Shown here: positions 24,895 through 39,239 of the stretch, one piece after another
Numbering within the stretch: the first letter of the stretch is position 1
How the letters are laid out: the number at the start of each line of letters is the position of its first letter
Origin: Eledone cirrhosa
Lineage: Eukaryota
Direction: 5' to 3'
Length of the DNA: 64,000 bases
NCBI GenBank assembly: GCA_964016885.1
Contig: CAXHJY010000157.1
Coordinates: 86,629 to 150,628 of the forward strand
Position numbers and translations under genes: made by a program
The notes under the pieces: generated by a model
What the model saw: only the letters and a program-made list of their open reading frames with translations
Told to the model about the DNA's origin: nothing
Databases searched by the model: none

Positions 24895-25484
24895 TATATG
24901 AAAACAGGGAGAAATAGACGATTATGAGGAAGAAAAATTTTTTTCTTCCTTTTTTTTTGTCCCCTCTCTCTCTTTTTTCTGGGTTAGAAAATGATTAAAA
25001 CGAAATGTTTTACTTTGTGTGAAGTGTTAAGGTATTAGTTGATTTATTTATTATTTAACAATGGCATTTATTTATCTATTTATATATTTAATTATTGTCT
25101 ATTACCGGTTTCAGCATTTATATGCATTATCAAATGATAGTGAAATGTATTAGTGTGGTGTCGCACATGTTAAACAGAAGGTGCAGAAAGAATAATGTTA
25201 TATACAAACAAGGTTTAAGAAGTGAAAAGAAAAAAGAAAAAGGAAAAAAAAACGTGCATAATATGGAACGTAAAAAGTCAATGTGGGAGAAAAGTTAATG
25301 TTATTTACAAGCACAGTCATTGAAGTTAAGCAGTTCAAAATGTGTTAATATCGCAAGAGTGCTTAGTTCACACAAAGTAAAACATTTCGTTTTAATCATT
25401 TTCTAACCCAGAAAAAAGAGAAAGAGGGACAAAAAAAGGAAAAAAATATTTTGTTCTTCCTCATAATCGTCTATTTCTCCCTGT

Positions 25485-25492
<8 letters not shown>
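24895..25492. mobile_element. Inverted-arm element containing a hammerhead-like motif (probable pLTR)
   Basis: 24895-25022 is the reverse complement of 25368-25492; minus strand 25099-25140 reads TTGATAA-t gcat ataa atgc t-GAAA-ccgg-TA-atag. Confidence 0.6.
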
Positions 25493-25575
<83 letters not shown>

Positions 25576-25918
25576 AATAAAAATAAGTTTGAAATACAGT
25601 TGAGAAAACGTTTATGGAAGATTAATCCTGGTTATTTTTATTCATTTTATATATGCTCTGTGATATTGTAAAACTAATGTGCTTGGGAATTTACGGATTG
25701 GATTAACCTGTGAACTGTCTTTTACGTATCTTGCTGTGGACTATAAAATTACATTTGAGCTTTGTACTAATCTTTGCCTTATATAATTGTGTTATCAACT
25801 CGCCTAAACTATTATATATACACAAATATATGCTTTCTATTGAGTACCTTACTTACTGTGGTTACCCCCGATTTAACCCGGGATAAACTTATGTTTCATT
25901 CTTTAGAAATCATCAGGA

Positions 25919-25965
25919 ATCCCTGATGATTTCTAAAGAATGAAACAGTTCTAGTCCTGTAGAAT
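25919..25965 (+). ncRNA. Type I hammerhead ribozyme at the centre of a hairpin inversion
   Basis: atcc-CTGATGA-t ttct aa agaa t-GAAA-cag ttctagtc ctg-TA-gaat; 25892-25917 is an inverted copy of its 5' half; family end ttgagtaccttacttactgtggttac also at 25838, 26000, 37865 and 48765. Confidence 0.7.
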
Positions 25966-26052
25966 CTCATCTATATTAAAACTGTTATACTCTGCTATGT
26001 ATTGAGTACCTTACTTACTGTGGTTACCTCCGATTCAACCCGGAATAACTTA

Positions 26053-26116
<64 letters not shown>

Positions 26117-26420
26117 TATATAAATGTGCATGTGTCTGTATGTGGTGTATGTATCATACATATAACTTATTATATTGGGGTATAATTACATATGTATGTG
26201 TTTGTATGTGTGTGTGGTTGGTTGATTCGTTTAAAATTAGGCTTCTTGAATCACGTGAATGATTTGCTTGCGAGGTCAGATATCAGGAAACCATGTTACA
26301 ATAATAAACTTTCGGTGAGATTAATGTATTTAATTTGGGAAACGATTCTGCCCAAGGAGTACACCAACACTGAATTCTTTACGAGAAATAGCAGTCAAGT
26401 CTATCTTCATTTTGTGACAA

Positions 26421-26620
26421 TACGAGGGTCGACTGAAAAGTTCATAGGCTCAATATGGAGGAGTGAAGCTAGAGTTGTGAAATCTTGCATGCATTAATTT
26501 CAATTCGTTTTATTAATAACTGCATTGTTTCTTTCCAGGGACTATGTTGAAAAATAAATCATCTATGGTCATTCCATGAGAGTATCTTGGTCAGCCTACG
26601 ACCCTTTCAACCAGTTCGCG
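26421..26620. mobile_element. Possible Tc1/mariner-type MITE
   Basis: Left end TACGAGGGTCGACTGAAAAGTTCATAGGCT resembles mariner TIRs; degenerate complement agcctacgaccctttcaacc near 26593. Confidence 0.35.
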
Positions 26621-27362
26621 AACTATATTTAAATGACCTACACCATGAATAACATAGTCCATTATAAACTATGTCTGAAAAAACAAACATGGTTTTTGTG
26701 TTTGGTATGGACTTGCTCGTTTTGATTGATGAGTGCTGAGCTGGGACTAAATAGCAACACCAACACCAACACCAAATCCAATAAGTACACAGAACAGCTT
26801 TAATGAAATTTCTTTCTTTCTTTTTTTTCATGTATTGAAATGTCACCTTTCTAAGGTCCGCCAACTTTAGTACAGCAGGCGTATAGCAAGATATAAAACG
26901 TTAAAAAAGCTCTCTTTAAAAACACTTTCTAACTATAAAGAATCCATGCCATTTCTAGTAGTGAACTGAGATTTTATATTTTATTACCCACTAATCACAG
27001 AACTAAGGGAAGCCATTTTTCTGATATGCGAGCGTTTTAGCTAATTACAAAGGTGGCGTTAAAGTAAAGAAATAAATAAGCAAAATGGATGAAAAATTAT
27101 TGAACTAAAAAAAAAATTGAATTAAATAAACAATCTGACGAACACCTATGTATAATAAGGCGAAGGAATGTAAAATGTAATTTAACAAATTGAAACTTTA
27201 ATTAAATTAAGATAAAATAAAAATAAAATATTTGTAAGAGAAAAATATCTTAGTGAAATCCTGCAGTGAAATTCCTTCAACGAGGGAAAATAAAATATTG
27301 TTTCATGATAAGAGGAAATCACTTTTCATTGTTCAATTATAAGTGTTGTGTGGATTAGGAAA

Positions 27363-27413
<51 letters not shown>

Positions 27414-27417
27414 TGTG

Positions 27418-27492
<75 letters not shown>

Positions 27493-27643
27493 TTGTCCCC
27501 CTTGCTTCTGCTGGACAACACCAGAGGGCGTTAGCCCCCCGGTGTTCTCATAGCTACGGCTTCCTAAAATCGTATTTCTTTCGAAATACGAAATTTCTAT
27601 ACATATTGTATAAAGCTATATATACATATATATATATATTATA

Positions 27644-27721
<78 letters not shown>

Positions 27722-27801
27722 ATAATATATATTATATATATATATAATATATATTATATATATATATAAAATATATATTATATACATATATATATATAAT
27801 A

Positions 27802-27866
<65 letters not shown>

Positions 27867-27931
27867 ATAATATATATTATATATATATATAAAATATATA
27901 TTATATACATATATATATATAATATATATTT

Positions 27932-27963
<32 letters not shown>

Positions 27964-27991
27964 ATATAATATATATTATATATATATATAA

Positions 27992-28043
<52 letters not shown>

Positions 28044-28093
28044 TTATATATATATATATATATAATATATATTTTATATATATATATATATAT

Positions 28094-28127
<34 letters not shown>

Positions 28128-28175
28128 ATAATATATATTATATATATATATAATATATATTATATATATATATAA

Positions 28176-28222
<47 letters not shown>

Positions 28223-28239
28223 TATATATATATATATAA

Positions 28240-28327
<88 letters not shown>

Positions 28328-28371
28328 GTAACAATATTAATAAATGGCAAATATCTTTATAATACCATATT

Positions 28372-28431
28372 TATTTCATTATACGTATTTCAAGGATACT
28401 AAATTTTAGTATGCTTTCATCAGGTAAAATA
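28372..28431 (-). ncRNA. Type I hammerhead ribozyme in a pLTR fragment
   Basis: tattttac-CTGATGA-aagcatacta/tagtatcctt-GAAA-tacgta-TA-atgaaata; related to the 54314/58266 family. Confidence 0.8.
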
Positions 28432-28500
28432 TACTATTTGGTGTTAAGATATTGACATACCTTAGCGTAAACTTAATAGTATAAGCCTGCTACCGGCATA

Positions 28501-28589
<89 letters not shown>

Positions 28590-29099
28590 CATACAAATAT
28601 AAGCAATTTAACCTAATAACAGATGTTTTGATAATCCAATGTTTAGCAAGCTTTCCTAAACATCAACTTTTGTACGTTATAAAGATTATTTACATATATA
28701 CCTCATGCGCTTTCCAAACCCTGTGTTTTTCCATCATTTCCCTTATATATTTATATATATCACTGGAATTATTGATATTAAAACCCGAAAAGTGCTAACC
28801 AGCATCGGAAATTTTCACATGTCTCTACTTAAAACATTAATTGGGAGGGAGAATCTCATCATCGACCCAAACAACTTTTGAAAGTCACATATACCCATTT
28901 GACGACATCTACAAGCCATACATAGGATAGCCACCCATAGAATAGGTCTTTCTAAATGAGGGAGATATCATCATAAGAGTTGCGAAGGGGCTTCTCAAGC
29001 AATACTCCCTCAATGATGACTATAAACTCACACCCAAAGAAATTTTACAGCAATACCAAAACAAGTCAGTAGATGAAATGTATGCTTAGCAAAAGGTTA

Positions 29100-29730
29100 T
29101 GCGCGCTATGTTGTCAGAAATCTTCAAAGTGAGAGTAATATAGATAAAGCAAAGTAGCCTTTCTTGGACCAACAACCAGTATATTAGATCTCATTTTGAA
29201 GGATATATTTTTGCGATCCAGGAAATAACGAAATATCTGATACACAAACAATGTAGACTCTGCAGAATAAACATTGAGGTTGTCACTCACATGATAAGCA
29301 ACAGCTCAGAAATATCCTCACACCACTATCTACTTATGAGATTGTAGAAAGGATAGCTCTGGCAATGAAAATATAAAAAGTTACAGCAATGTGAAGGGCA
29401 TATGCATACATAATATGAAATATTACTGGTGGAATGTTTCAGTCAAAGCCCCATTAAAATGTGAACATAACAGATCAGGCAAACTGAAAAGAATGCATGC
29501 CCAGCAGTGGAATTCAGCTGCCCAGCAGATGTTAACATAGTGTTAAAAATTGGCTAAAAGGAGAATATTGATACCGAACTAATGAGGAACCTGCTGATGC
29601 ACCACCTTTACTATACCTTTAGATTTGTACCTGTAATGAATTGGGCACACTGATCAACAATAATCACAGCTAATTAGGAAGATGCAAGTACAGTCTATCA
29701 ATGGACTGTAACATTAAGTAAAACATTTAA
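29100..29730 (+). pseudogene. Degenerate R4/Dong-like (RLE-type) non-LTR C-terminal fragment
   Basis: EGYIFAIQE followed by CRLCRINIEVVTHMIS (CCHC knuckle); many stops; homology may extend upstream to about 28600. Confidence 0.55.
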
Positions 29731-29751
29731 TCAATGTACCAATCTATCTAT

Positions 29752-30040
29752 CTAGGGCGGGTAAAATTCCCGAGATCCATGGACGAGTTCTCTCCAGCGG
29801 TCTCTGTCCCTCATCATCGCTGCCATGTCCTGCGTCTCCAAGAGACCTGTATCTGTCCGTGGGGCATCAACATATGTCAACCTCGGTCTCCCTCTTCTAA
29901 TGTCTCCGTGCATGGGCTCCCACGGGCGCACTGAGTGCAGTGTCAACTCTGAATGTCGGTAAGCATGTCCGGCTAACCTCAGTCTCCTCTGTGTTACTTT
30001 TGAGCTGAATTTTGGGAGGCTCCCGTACAGCTCTACACTA
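29752..30040 (-). pseudogene. RTE-superfamily LINE 3' fragment
   Basis: ELYGSLP...RRLRLAGHAYRH...WEP...RRGRPRLTYVD...DRDRWR, the typical RTE C-terminus. Confidence 0.8.
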
Positions 30041-31052
30041 TAATGTAATATCTGCATATATATACACGTATAGGTGCATATATACCTCAAACCCTACAGA
30101 CCTACGTATGCAATAACATCATTACTGGCACACTCACACAAATACATACCCACCTACATACATATTTATCTAGTTGATATTGTCTAAATTCCAATGAAAG
30201 AGACTGGTTTCTGAGTTAGATAACTGTTCTCTCTCCTTCTAATGGCAACATTTTATCACAAGATTTTGTGAATTGTTAATATTTCATTATTTAATTAATC
30301 GTTTTAATTTCTCTCAATTACGTTTAAAATCAATAACGAATGATTAATGACTATGAACAGAAACAATTTAAACAGTTTGATTAATTACCTAAATAAGTTA
30401 TAACTAACAAATATAAGTTATAAAATGACTTTCATAAATGTCAGTTCTATTACGCTGACACTGAAGCAAGTTACTTGCTGGTTCACCCCGATAGAAACTC
30501 GAAGCAAAATACGTAAAGAGAGAGGAGTAGTTTGACTACCTCATACTGCTCCTCTCTCTTTACGTCTGCTGCCTGTGTGAATGTATGTGTGTGTGTAAAG
30601 GGAATGAAGGAGATGTTGAAAAAACTACGCTGTGTGTGAGTGTATGTGTATGTGTGTGAGTGTAAATGTATGTGTGAGTGTAAATATATGTGTGTTTGTG
30701 TAAATGTATGTGTGTGTTTGTGTGAATGTGTACGTGTGAGTGTGTATTTGTGTGTGTCTGTGTTTGGGCGTTTATACTTATATGTATACACACACACAAA
30801 GGCGCGCGCGTATGGAGAAACATTCTAGTATACGAAAATTACACCCTTGTGCAAAAAGTAGAAACAATTATTATATCAACCCTGGGACTATGTGAAGCAA
30901 ATTTGAATGTCTTTGCTCTGGGGTTAGTTTCAATTATGTTTTCCACCTCCATTAATTTGGAATTCATTTTAAGCGATTTCGTGTGAACTTAACTGTGACG
31001 TTTAAGGCAGGACATTCCTCAATTAAATATTGCTCGTTCAATACAAATGGAA

Positions 31053-31395
31053 GCGCATGGCTTAGTGGTTAGAAGGTTGGGCTTACAATTCTGAGGTTGT
31101 GAGTTCGATTCTCGTACCGGGCTTTGCGTTGTGCTTTTGAGCAAGACACTTTATTTCAAGTTGCTCCAGTTCGTTCAGCAGTAGAAATGGGTTGCGACTT
31201 CACTGGTGCCTGGATGTATTGGCCATTGCCTTTCCCTTGGAAACATTGATGACATGGAGACGGGAGACTGGTATGAATGAGAGACTGCTGGTCTTCCACA
31301 AACAAAGTTGCCCGGAATTGCACCACGAAGGGGAACATTCTAGGTGCAAATCCCAATGTCATTCGTGATCGAATGATGTCTTTACTCTTTACCCT
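31053..31395 (+). mobile_element. tRNA-derived SINE (family B, CORE-like centre)
   Basis: A box TGGCTTAGTGG, B box GTTCGATTC, then gttgtg..ttgagcaagacactttatttc..gttgctccagt; pyrimidine-rich repeat tail. Confidence 0.8.
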
Positions 31396-33829
31396 TACCA
31401 TACAAATATATGTATTCTAACTACCAACGATACATAAAAAATAGACACATTTCAAGACTTCGATGTGATATCAATAATGTCTTAAATTTCCAGAATATCA
31501 AAATTTGTATGAGTTTCTCTATAATTTCCAATCTACAACAGACTAAGCTGCTATCTCTATGTAAACATATATCTATCTCCCATTTAATGCCATGTTAAAC
31601 TAGAGAATGGTACTGAAGCTGTACTTTATAAGATATCGATTTTGTAGCAGCAATAGTTTATGATATAAGATTTAGACTTTTGTTCTTTTTTTTCAGAATT
31701 ATCTTGTAGACGTCCTTTTAGTAATTCAGCTGATACGACTGAGAGCAATAGAAGTTGAAACACACTATAAAGGAGTTGACAGAGAGCCACTTTAAAAATA
31801 TACTTTCCTTTTCTAATTTGTATTGTTTATATTGTTATCCTTTTTGTCTTTATTTTTATTTCTAATTTTTTTTTTCTTTTTGTATCCTACGTTTAACAGT
31901 TTACCTATAACACGATACACGTAATGTAGATTTTTTTTTTTTTTTGTCATGTTGTTAATGTTTACAGTGATGAAATGTCTTTCCGAACTTCATGATCTGT
32001 TGTTAGTGTTTCCCGTGTTTTGAAACTAAAATTAATGTTTTTGTTTATACAATCGTGGTATCCATTGATGCTACTGGTATGATCTTTGTTTTGACTTTTT
32101 GTGGGGTTGCTGTATTTGAATGTTAAAGTTGTTTTTACAAACGACAAAGTAGCTACGTTTCTTGCTACATTTCTCACTGCTCTTGCAGCCATTAGCAATA
32201 TTGTGCTTTCTTCAAATTATTTCTTTAGTTAGTAATATATTTCTAATATATTCTTGTCATTTTTCTGTCGGTTGTGGTTGATGGTAGATCTTTTATTGTC
32301 TTACCATACTTTTTCTTGTCTCTGATTTCGTTATTTACAATTAGATTTTTTTCCTCCATTTGTATTCCAGCCTTCAAACATTTCACATTAATCTTATCTC
32401 TTCTTTAGGCAGAATAAAAAGAATTAAAACAATACTCCTCAGTGAAATACATTTGTATCTGATGGATCTGGCTTCTATTTCCTTCCTGAAAACTTTCTTT
32501 AGTCTGACTCCGATGTATTTGATCTTTATTTTATTTTGGTTTTAGTTTTGGTGAAGAAAACATTGTTTCAAAAATAATTGTATTTTCCTACTGTATCTAC
32601 AGCAGGTTTCAGTTTACATAATGATTTCTGGGGTGTTTAGTTTTCAGAATTTTTGTAATGATAGTAGCTTTAAAATGTTCAAACACAGTTAAAAACATAC
32701 ATTAACTGGTTTTAGATTGTTTTTTTGTTTCTAATACTAAAGATTTCAATTCAGAATGTTAAGAAGAATGTAGATATGCTATGGTATTTAATATAGCTAT
32801 AGCTGTCTTTTTACATTATAAGATGGATATATTTCAGAGTTTATTATCCATATAGATGTCTTGATTTCATATGAATGTATAAAACCTATCATATTCTATA
32901 ATACTTTGTCTATAATCTGGTGACTGTTTTCCAGATTATTTAGTTTACACTATGTCGTTCAAACTGAAACACTACTAATATCATCATACAGTCTATTCTC
33001 TCAACATAAGACTAGACACTGGACACTGAACACTAGAGACTAAAGTTTAGATATTAAACATTAGATAGTCAAACAGTAACATTGTAGTCCTACAAACAAT
33101 ACTATCAATACCATGTTAGACATATTCCAGCTGGTCGATCATTGGAAAAAGCCTTCTCATCAAATTAGCATGTAAGTGGGTGAAATTTTCGTAGACACGT
33201 ATCCTCTTAACGTAAGTGTCATGTAGATTCGGTGTGACACAGTACAGCATGTGGCAGGGTTGGCCCTTTGAATTTCAGATTCCAAACAGTTTCCGTCTAC
33301 CCAACTTCATTCAAACCGAGGCTATGTAATTGTGTGGCACTGAACCAGGGACCTAAGGATTGAGAACCTCTTAAACATTCGGCCATGCTGCTTCGACGCT
33401 AGACATTAGACGATGAACAAAATTCCGTGATTTATGGCTACTTGTTATTGTTATCTGTTTGGATATCTTCCAAACTGAACTGACCATTAGATGTTTACGT
33501 TACGGTGCAATGTTATCAACTTATTTGAACTCTACCAGAAGAAATATTATGCTCTAAGGAAACTTATGAAAACATATCATAATAATAGAAATGAGATGAT
33601 GTACTTCTAGTAGTTACAAACCGTTTGAACAGACAGTTCTTAAGAATGATATCACAGTGTTAAGGAAATCAGAAGGTATTAGGTGAAATAGATATTGTTA
33701 TCATGGATTGAAACCAATGAAGAAAGTGGATTGATCAATGAGTGCTGAATACCTATTACGTTGGGGACTACTCCCTATAGCATATATATATATTACGTAT
33801 ATATATATATATTATATATATATATATAA

Positions 33830-33921
<92 letters not shown>

Positions 33922-33927
33922 ACACAA

Positions 33928-33965
<38 letters not shown>

Positions 33966-34610
33966 GGATTCATTCCTTTATCTCAAATTAGAATTCACCA
34001 CCTAAGCGGGGGTTACCTCCCTTGGAGTAAACCACGTGTCTGTGGCGACATTTATAGCTACAACATACCCGCTCAGGCTAAGAACGAAAGACTTGCTGAA
34101 GAAGTAAATCCTATGTTCTGTCGTCAAAAAACATTATATTGCAGACTCCTGCAATAGGAATTTGTCGATCTTGTATTTGCAGGAACTTAACGCTGATGTT
34201 GGATGCTGTATGTGATGTATATTGTTGATATACGATGTAAGTTATATATTTTACACTCAGCCTCACCGCTATGTCCGGGTCAGTATAACATCTTTTCCTG
34301 GGTCCTGTATTTTCGTTGCTCTAGTGATGCGGCTGGACTGCCGACCGCTATATCTGATTTGCTAAGCTGTCTGAACGTATTGTTATTACTCTGGGGGTCT
34401 TTCCTCATCTGAGTGCTCAAGCTACAGACCGATTATGCATATACGCTAGCTTGGCCGTATTCTAAAGCTTCGTCAATGCTGAACTAATATATATATATAT
34501 ATATATATATATACATTATATACGTAATATATGTATAGTGTATAGATATACATATACGTAATGTATGTATAATTTATATATATATACATATCTACATATA
34601 CGTAATGTAT

Positions 34611-34673
<63 letters not shown>

Positions 34674-34828
34674 TATATACACATATATATTTATATATAT
34701 ATATATACAGTATATACACATATATATTTATGAACAAATATGGCAATGCCTATATCAATATATCAATTATAGATTATGATCACATGGTACAAGTTTACTC
34801 AACAGTAGGCATTCAAATATTAACAACT

Positions 34829-34829
34829 C

Positions 34830-34896
<67 letters not shown>

Positions 34897-34993
34897 GGTG
34901 GTGGTGGTGGTGGTGGTGGTGGTGGTGGTGGTGGTGGTGGTGGTGGTGGTGGTGGTAGTAGTGGTGGTGGTCGTGGTGGTGGTGGTGGTGGTG

Positions 34994-35046
<53 letters not shown>

Positions 35047-35095
35047 GGTGGTGGTGGTGGTGGTGGTGGTGGTGGTGGTGGTGGTGGTAGTAGTA
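34829..35095. repeat. Compound (GCA)n/(GTA)n/(GTG)n trinucleotide microsatellite
   Basis: Directly visible; explains the poly-Val ORF. Confidence 0.95.
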
Positions 35096-35565
35096 TATTC
35101 TTATTTTGAAAGATTATATCGCTGCACTATCTTAGTTACGCGAACATCTCAGATATTAGGTTAGGTAGTCACGTGATGTAACTCCAAGCAAGAAGAACAG
35201 ATGTTTTACTTAGGATTTGCTGAATACTGCCAATAACCAGATGTTGTCATTGTTGATGTTTAACCTCGTGTCAGCCTTGATAGGACCTATATATGATCAA
35301 TGGCTCCAACGCCATAACACGTCCATCTTGTTTTCGGCAACACCAATATTACGTCATCCAACGTATTATGTTTGAAAATGGGGGGGATTTTACAAGGATC
35401 TCTAGCATTTAACCAAGTCCACTATTTTGCAAGTATTCGGATTAGGTCTCCGGTTTCAGGAGAACTTCTATCCTTCAGGTATTCTCAGAGGCACTGAAAA
35501 GCGTCATAGGCATAACACGTCACTACATGGCAGTAAAACAAAACGTTCACTATTGTTATATTCAT

Positions 35566-35692
35566 CTTTATTATTCTGTCAAAGTTTTTCGTCACACCAA
35601 TCTGTGACCTCATTAATGACTATCGATTTTTTTGTGTGCCTCTTCAGGTCACAGATTGATGTGACGAAAGGGCTTTGACAGAAGAATAAAGA
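35566..35692. mobile_element. Hairpin-inverted pLTR fragment with degenerate hammerhead (family of 63741)
   Basis: Minus strand gtca-TTAATGA-ggtcaca..tgtgac-GAAA..tgac; inverted 3' half at 35647-35692. Confidence 0.5.
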
Positions 35693-36389
35693 TAAAGGGA
35701 AAATTATATGGTGCGTGTGTTCAATTGGTAACATGACATTATCCCCAAATATAACAATAATGTTTTCAACACACGATTGCAAATCAAAATTCTTGCTGAA
35801 CAAATACATAAACGTAAAACGTACAGTATTATATATTTTCCCTTTTAAAAATAACAGAGAGTAATTGAGGACACTTGGGTTGCTATTTCTAGCATACTGA
35901 GCGTGAATGCAAGGGTTTCCATCAATATTTCGAGGATTTTGAGAAATTAATAATTCATGTATCTTCCTATATCTTATCTGTGTATTGAAGTGAAGTGAAG
36001 TGAAATTAACGTTTCCAATCTCCAAGCAAATCTGTAAGGATGTGTCAATTTACAAGAGCTTGTCTTATTTTAATACAATGTTAACACATTTATTTATGAG
36101 CCTATTAAATCGGCAGATATGGCTGGGACAATGGCAGATTGAACTGAATAACTCACTATTTCTATATGAATAGTGTATTATACTGAGTTTGAAATTCCCC
36201 CGAGTTTCGTTTCGTTCTTCTGCAAATTCTCAGTTATGCCCTTATGCCGTCCAGGTATGATCAACGAGGTATAAAGAATTTATATATATATTTCAAAGCT
36301 TATATATTCCTCTCGATCGACAATCTACAAAGCACAATAGGAAATGGCTGCGTGGATATAGAATATACAACTATGGATGGGTAGGTACA

Positions 36390-36532
<143 letters not shown>

Positions 36533-37073
36533 TATATTTCAGAAATAACATCTACCTAACCTTATATAATGTATGGCTTCGGTCCTACTCCATTGAAATA
36601 AAGTTGAAAATGTTAGAAAGCTTCAATAATTTAGTCTCATTCACTGACATCAAAAGTAACATTGAATCAGGTTTATTTCATGGAAGATACAATAGTCAAG
36701 CTATATCAATTGGTTAAAAAAAGAAGGTTTGAATAATATGGAAGACAGAAATAACTGGGCTCACAAATATATTTCAAACAGTCTATCTTGGAAATATAGC
36801 TTGATTGCATTTATAGATAAGATATCGGATGTTATATCGTAATAGCGTACTAAAAATCTATAGTTTTTATACAATGGAAGAAGAGAGTTTTTTTTTTCTT
36901 TTGAGGGGTAAGAATGATGACCTCTGAAAAGTGATGAGTTCAACCATAAAATTGTAACCACGATAAACATAGTCATTCTCTCTCACTAGTTCTCCACCAC
37001 TACCATGTTCACAATCTCTCTCTCCCTCTCTTCACTCCACTGCAATAAATACGTAACTCGCGTACACAGATAT

Positions 37074-37150
<77 letters not shown>

Positions 37151-37193
37151 CATACATTCATATATCTATATATATATATATATACATATACAC

Positions 37194-37238
<45 letters not shown>

Positions 37239-37319
37239 CATACAATCATTCATATACATATATATATATATACATATACACATATATATACACATACATA
37301 CTTACATACATTCATATTC

Positions 37320-37443
<124 letters not shown>

Positions 37444-37651
37444 GCATATATACATACACACATACATATACATACATACATATATACATATATATGTATC
37501 GGTTTAAATTTGAGCTGATGATCCGTCTAAGGTGAAACAAATTGTTCTCGGAAATGGTGAATTAACTGTTGTGGAACTACTTCTACTTAACTCGTCCCAT
37601 GGACTGAGTGCTCTACTACTATAGATATAACCCTCCAGTGTTCTACTATAT

Positions 37652-37760
37652 ATAATTATTTCTACTTTAGGCACAAGGCCAGCAATTACCAGTGCATTAC
37701 TGGTACTTTATTTTATCGACCTCGTAAGGATGAAAGGCAAAGTCAACCTCGGCGGGATTT
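37652..37760 (-). mobile_element. SINE family A, 5'-truncated
   Basis: Matches the 3' two-thirds of family A. Confidence 0.75.
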
Positions 37761-37823
37761 TATATATATAATAAGAGGTTAACGGGACTAGCATAATGTT
37801 TCCCTGCTATACATACATATATT

Positions 37824-37860
<37 letters not shown>

Positions 37861-37919
37861 GTTTATCCCGGATTCAATCGGGGGTAACCACAGTAAGTAA
37901 GGTACTCAATACAGAGCTT

Positions 37920-38280
37920 CCGTAGTGGAGATTTAATCCCAATATTTCGGACTCACGCCCATCAACGGGGGAAAGTTCCAAAAGGGGGGGGGGGGGGGAA
38001 CAGGCTAAGCCGGAGAAAGTTGTATTGTCATTAAAACATAGGAATGCCGTTATGGGGAAAATTCAAACGAGAGAAAGAATGCGCGTGCGCGTGATAGGCT
38101 GTGGCAAAAGCTACTGACCAATTGGGTTAAATCAATAGGGTGCGCTAGCGTGTGAAAGCCGTAAAATATGTGTGTGTAAATATATATGTGTGTGTAACTG
38201 TGTGTGTATATGTGTATGTGTGTATGTATGTGAGTTGATGGGCGTGAGCCCGAAATATTGGGATTAAATCTCCACTACGG
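37920..38280. repeat. 47-bp inverted repeat pair adjoining a pLTR terminus
   Basis: ccgtagtggagatttaatcccaatatttcgg.ctcacgcccatcaac at 37920-37966 versus 38234-38280. Confidence 0.7.
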
Positions 38281-38446
38281 TAACCCTTCTACCTTTGTTT
38301 TGTTTTCCTTTTTCGTTTCTCTCAATTTTCACTTTTCTCCTATTTCTCACTCACTTCCTACCTCGAGATTTCCCCTCTGCATTGTTGTGGCTTTCTAAAC
38401 TACATATTTTACATATTTCACAATGCTTCAAGCAAACTTTAACACC

Positions 38447-38494
<48 letters not shown>

Positions 38495-38707
38495 AGTGGA
38501 AGGTTAGTAAAATCGACGTTATGGCAGTCGGCCAATATCCGGTTTTGCATGAAGCACTCAATAAGAATGTATCGATAAATCGATAGGTTACACCTTAGAG
38601 TAAGAAATATACGTTAAAAAACATGACAAATTGAAAACTGTGGTTAGGGGACATAGCCACAGAAGGCACCACAACAACGAAAATACAATTAAGTTAAATA
38701 TATATAT

Positions 38708-38897
38708 AAAGACATTTTTTCCAATTGCAACCTGCCCGTCCCCTCAATCTATCTTATTTCTCATCCTTTCTTCTGATGAAGGACTATTTCTGATGAAGGA
38801 CTATTTCTGATGAAGGACTATTTCTCATTCTATCTTCTGATTAAGCGTTAACCTAATATATTCCTTCCGATTGTGTTGTTATTTCTGTTTACCCTTT
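38708..38897 (+). mobile_element. Solo 3' end of the Neptune family at 19755-20910 with a triplicated hammerhead 5' half
   Basis: Homologous to 20728-20910; (ttctgatgaaggactat)x3 at 38771-38821. Confidence 0.8.
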
Positions 38898-38918
38898 ACA
38901 CACACACACACACGCACG

Positions 38919-39009
<91 letters not shown>

Positions 39010-39119
39010 ATATGTGGCTTGCGGACGATGGAAAAGAGTAGTACCCAATGCCGAATATCCAAATGATCCTGTGAGTGTGTAGATGAAACTCCAAAGTAAC
39101 AAGTCCCACGACTTAGCCA

Positions 39120-39165
<46 letters not shown>

Positions 39166-39170
39166 CTATA

Positions 39171-39239
<69 letters not shown>

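Noticed and set aside
31650-32950. Possible ancient LINE/RNase H remnant on the minus strand
   Set aside because: Only strand-biased composition and vague motifs; too decayed to support
34565-35164. Poly-Val membrane protein
   Set aside because: Trinucleotide microsatellite
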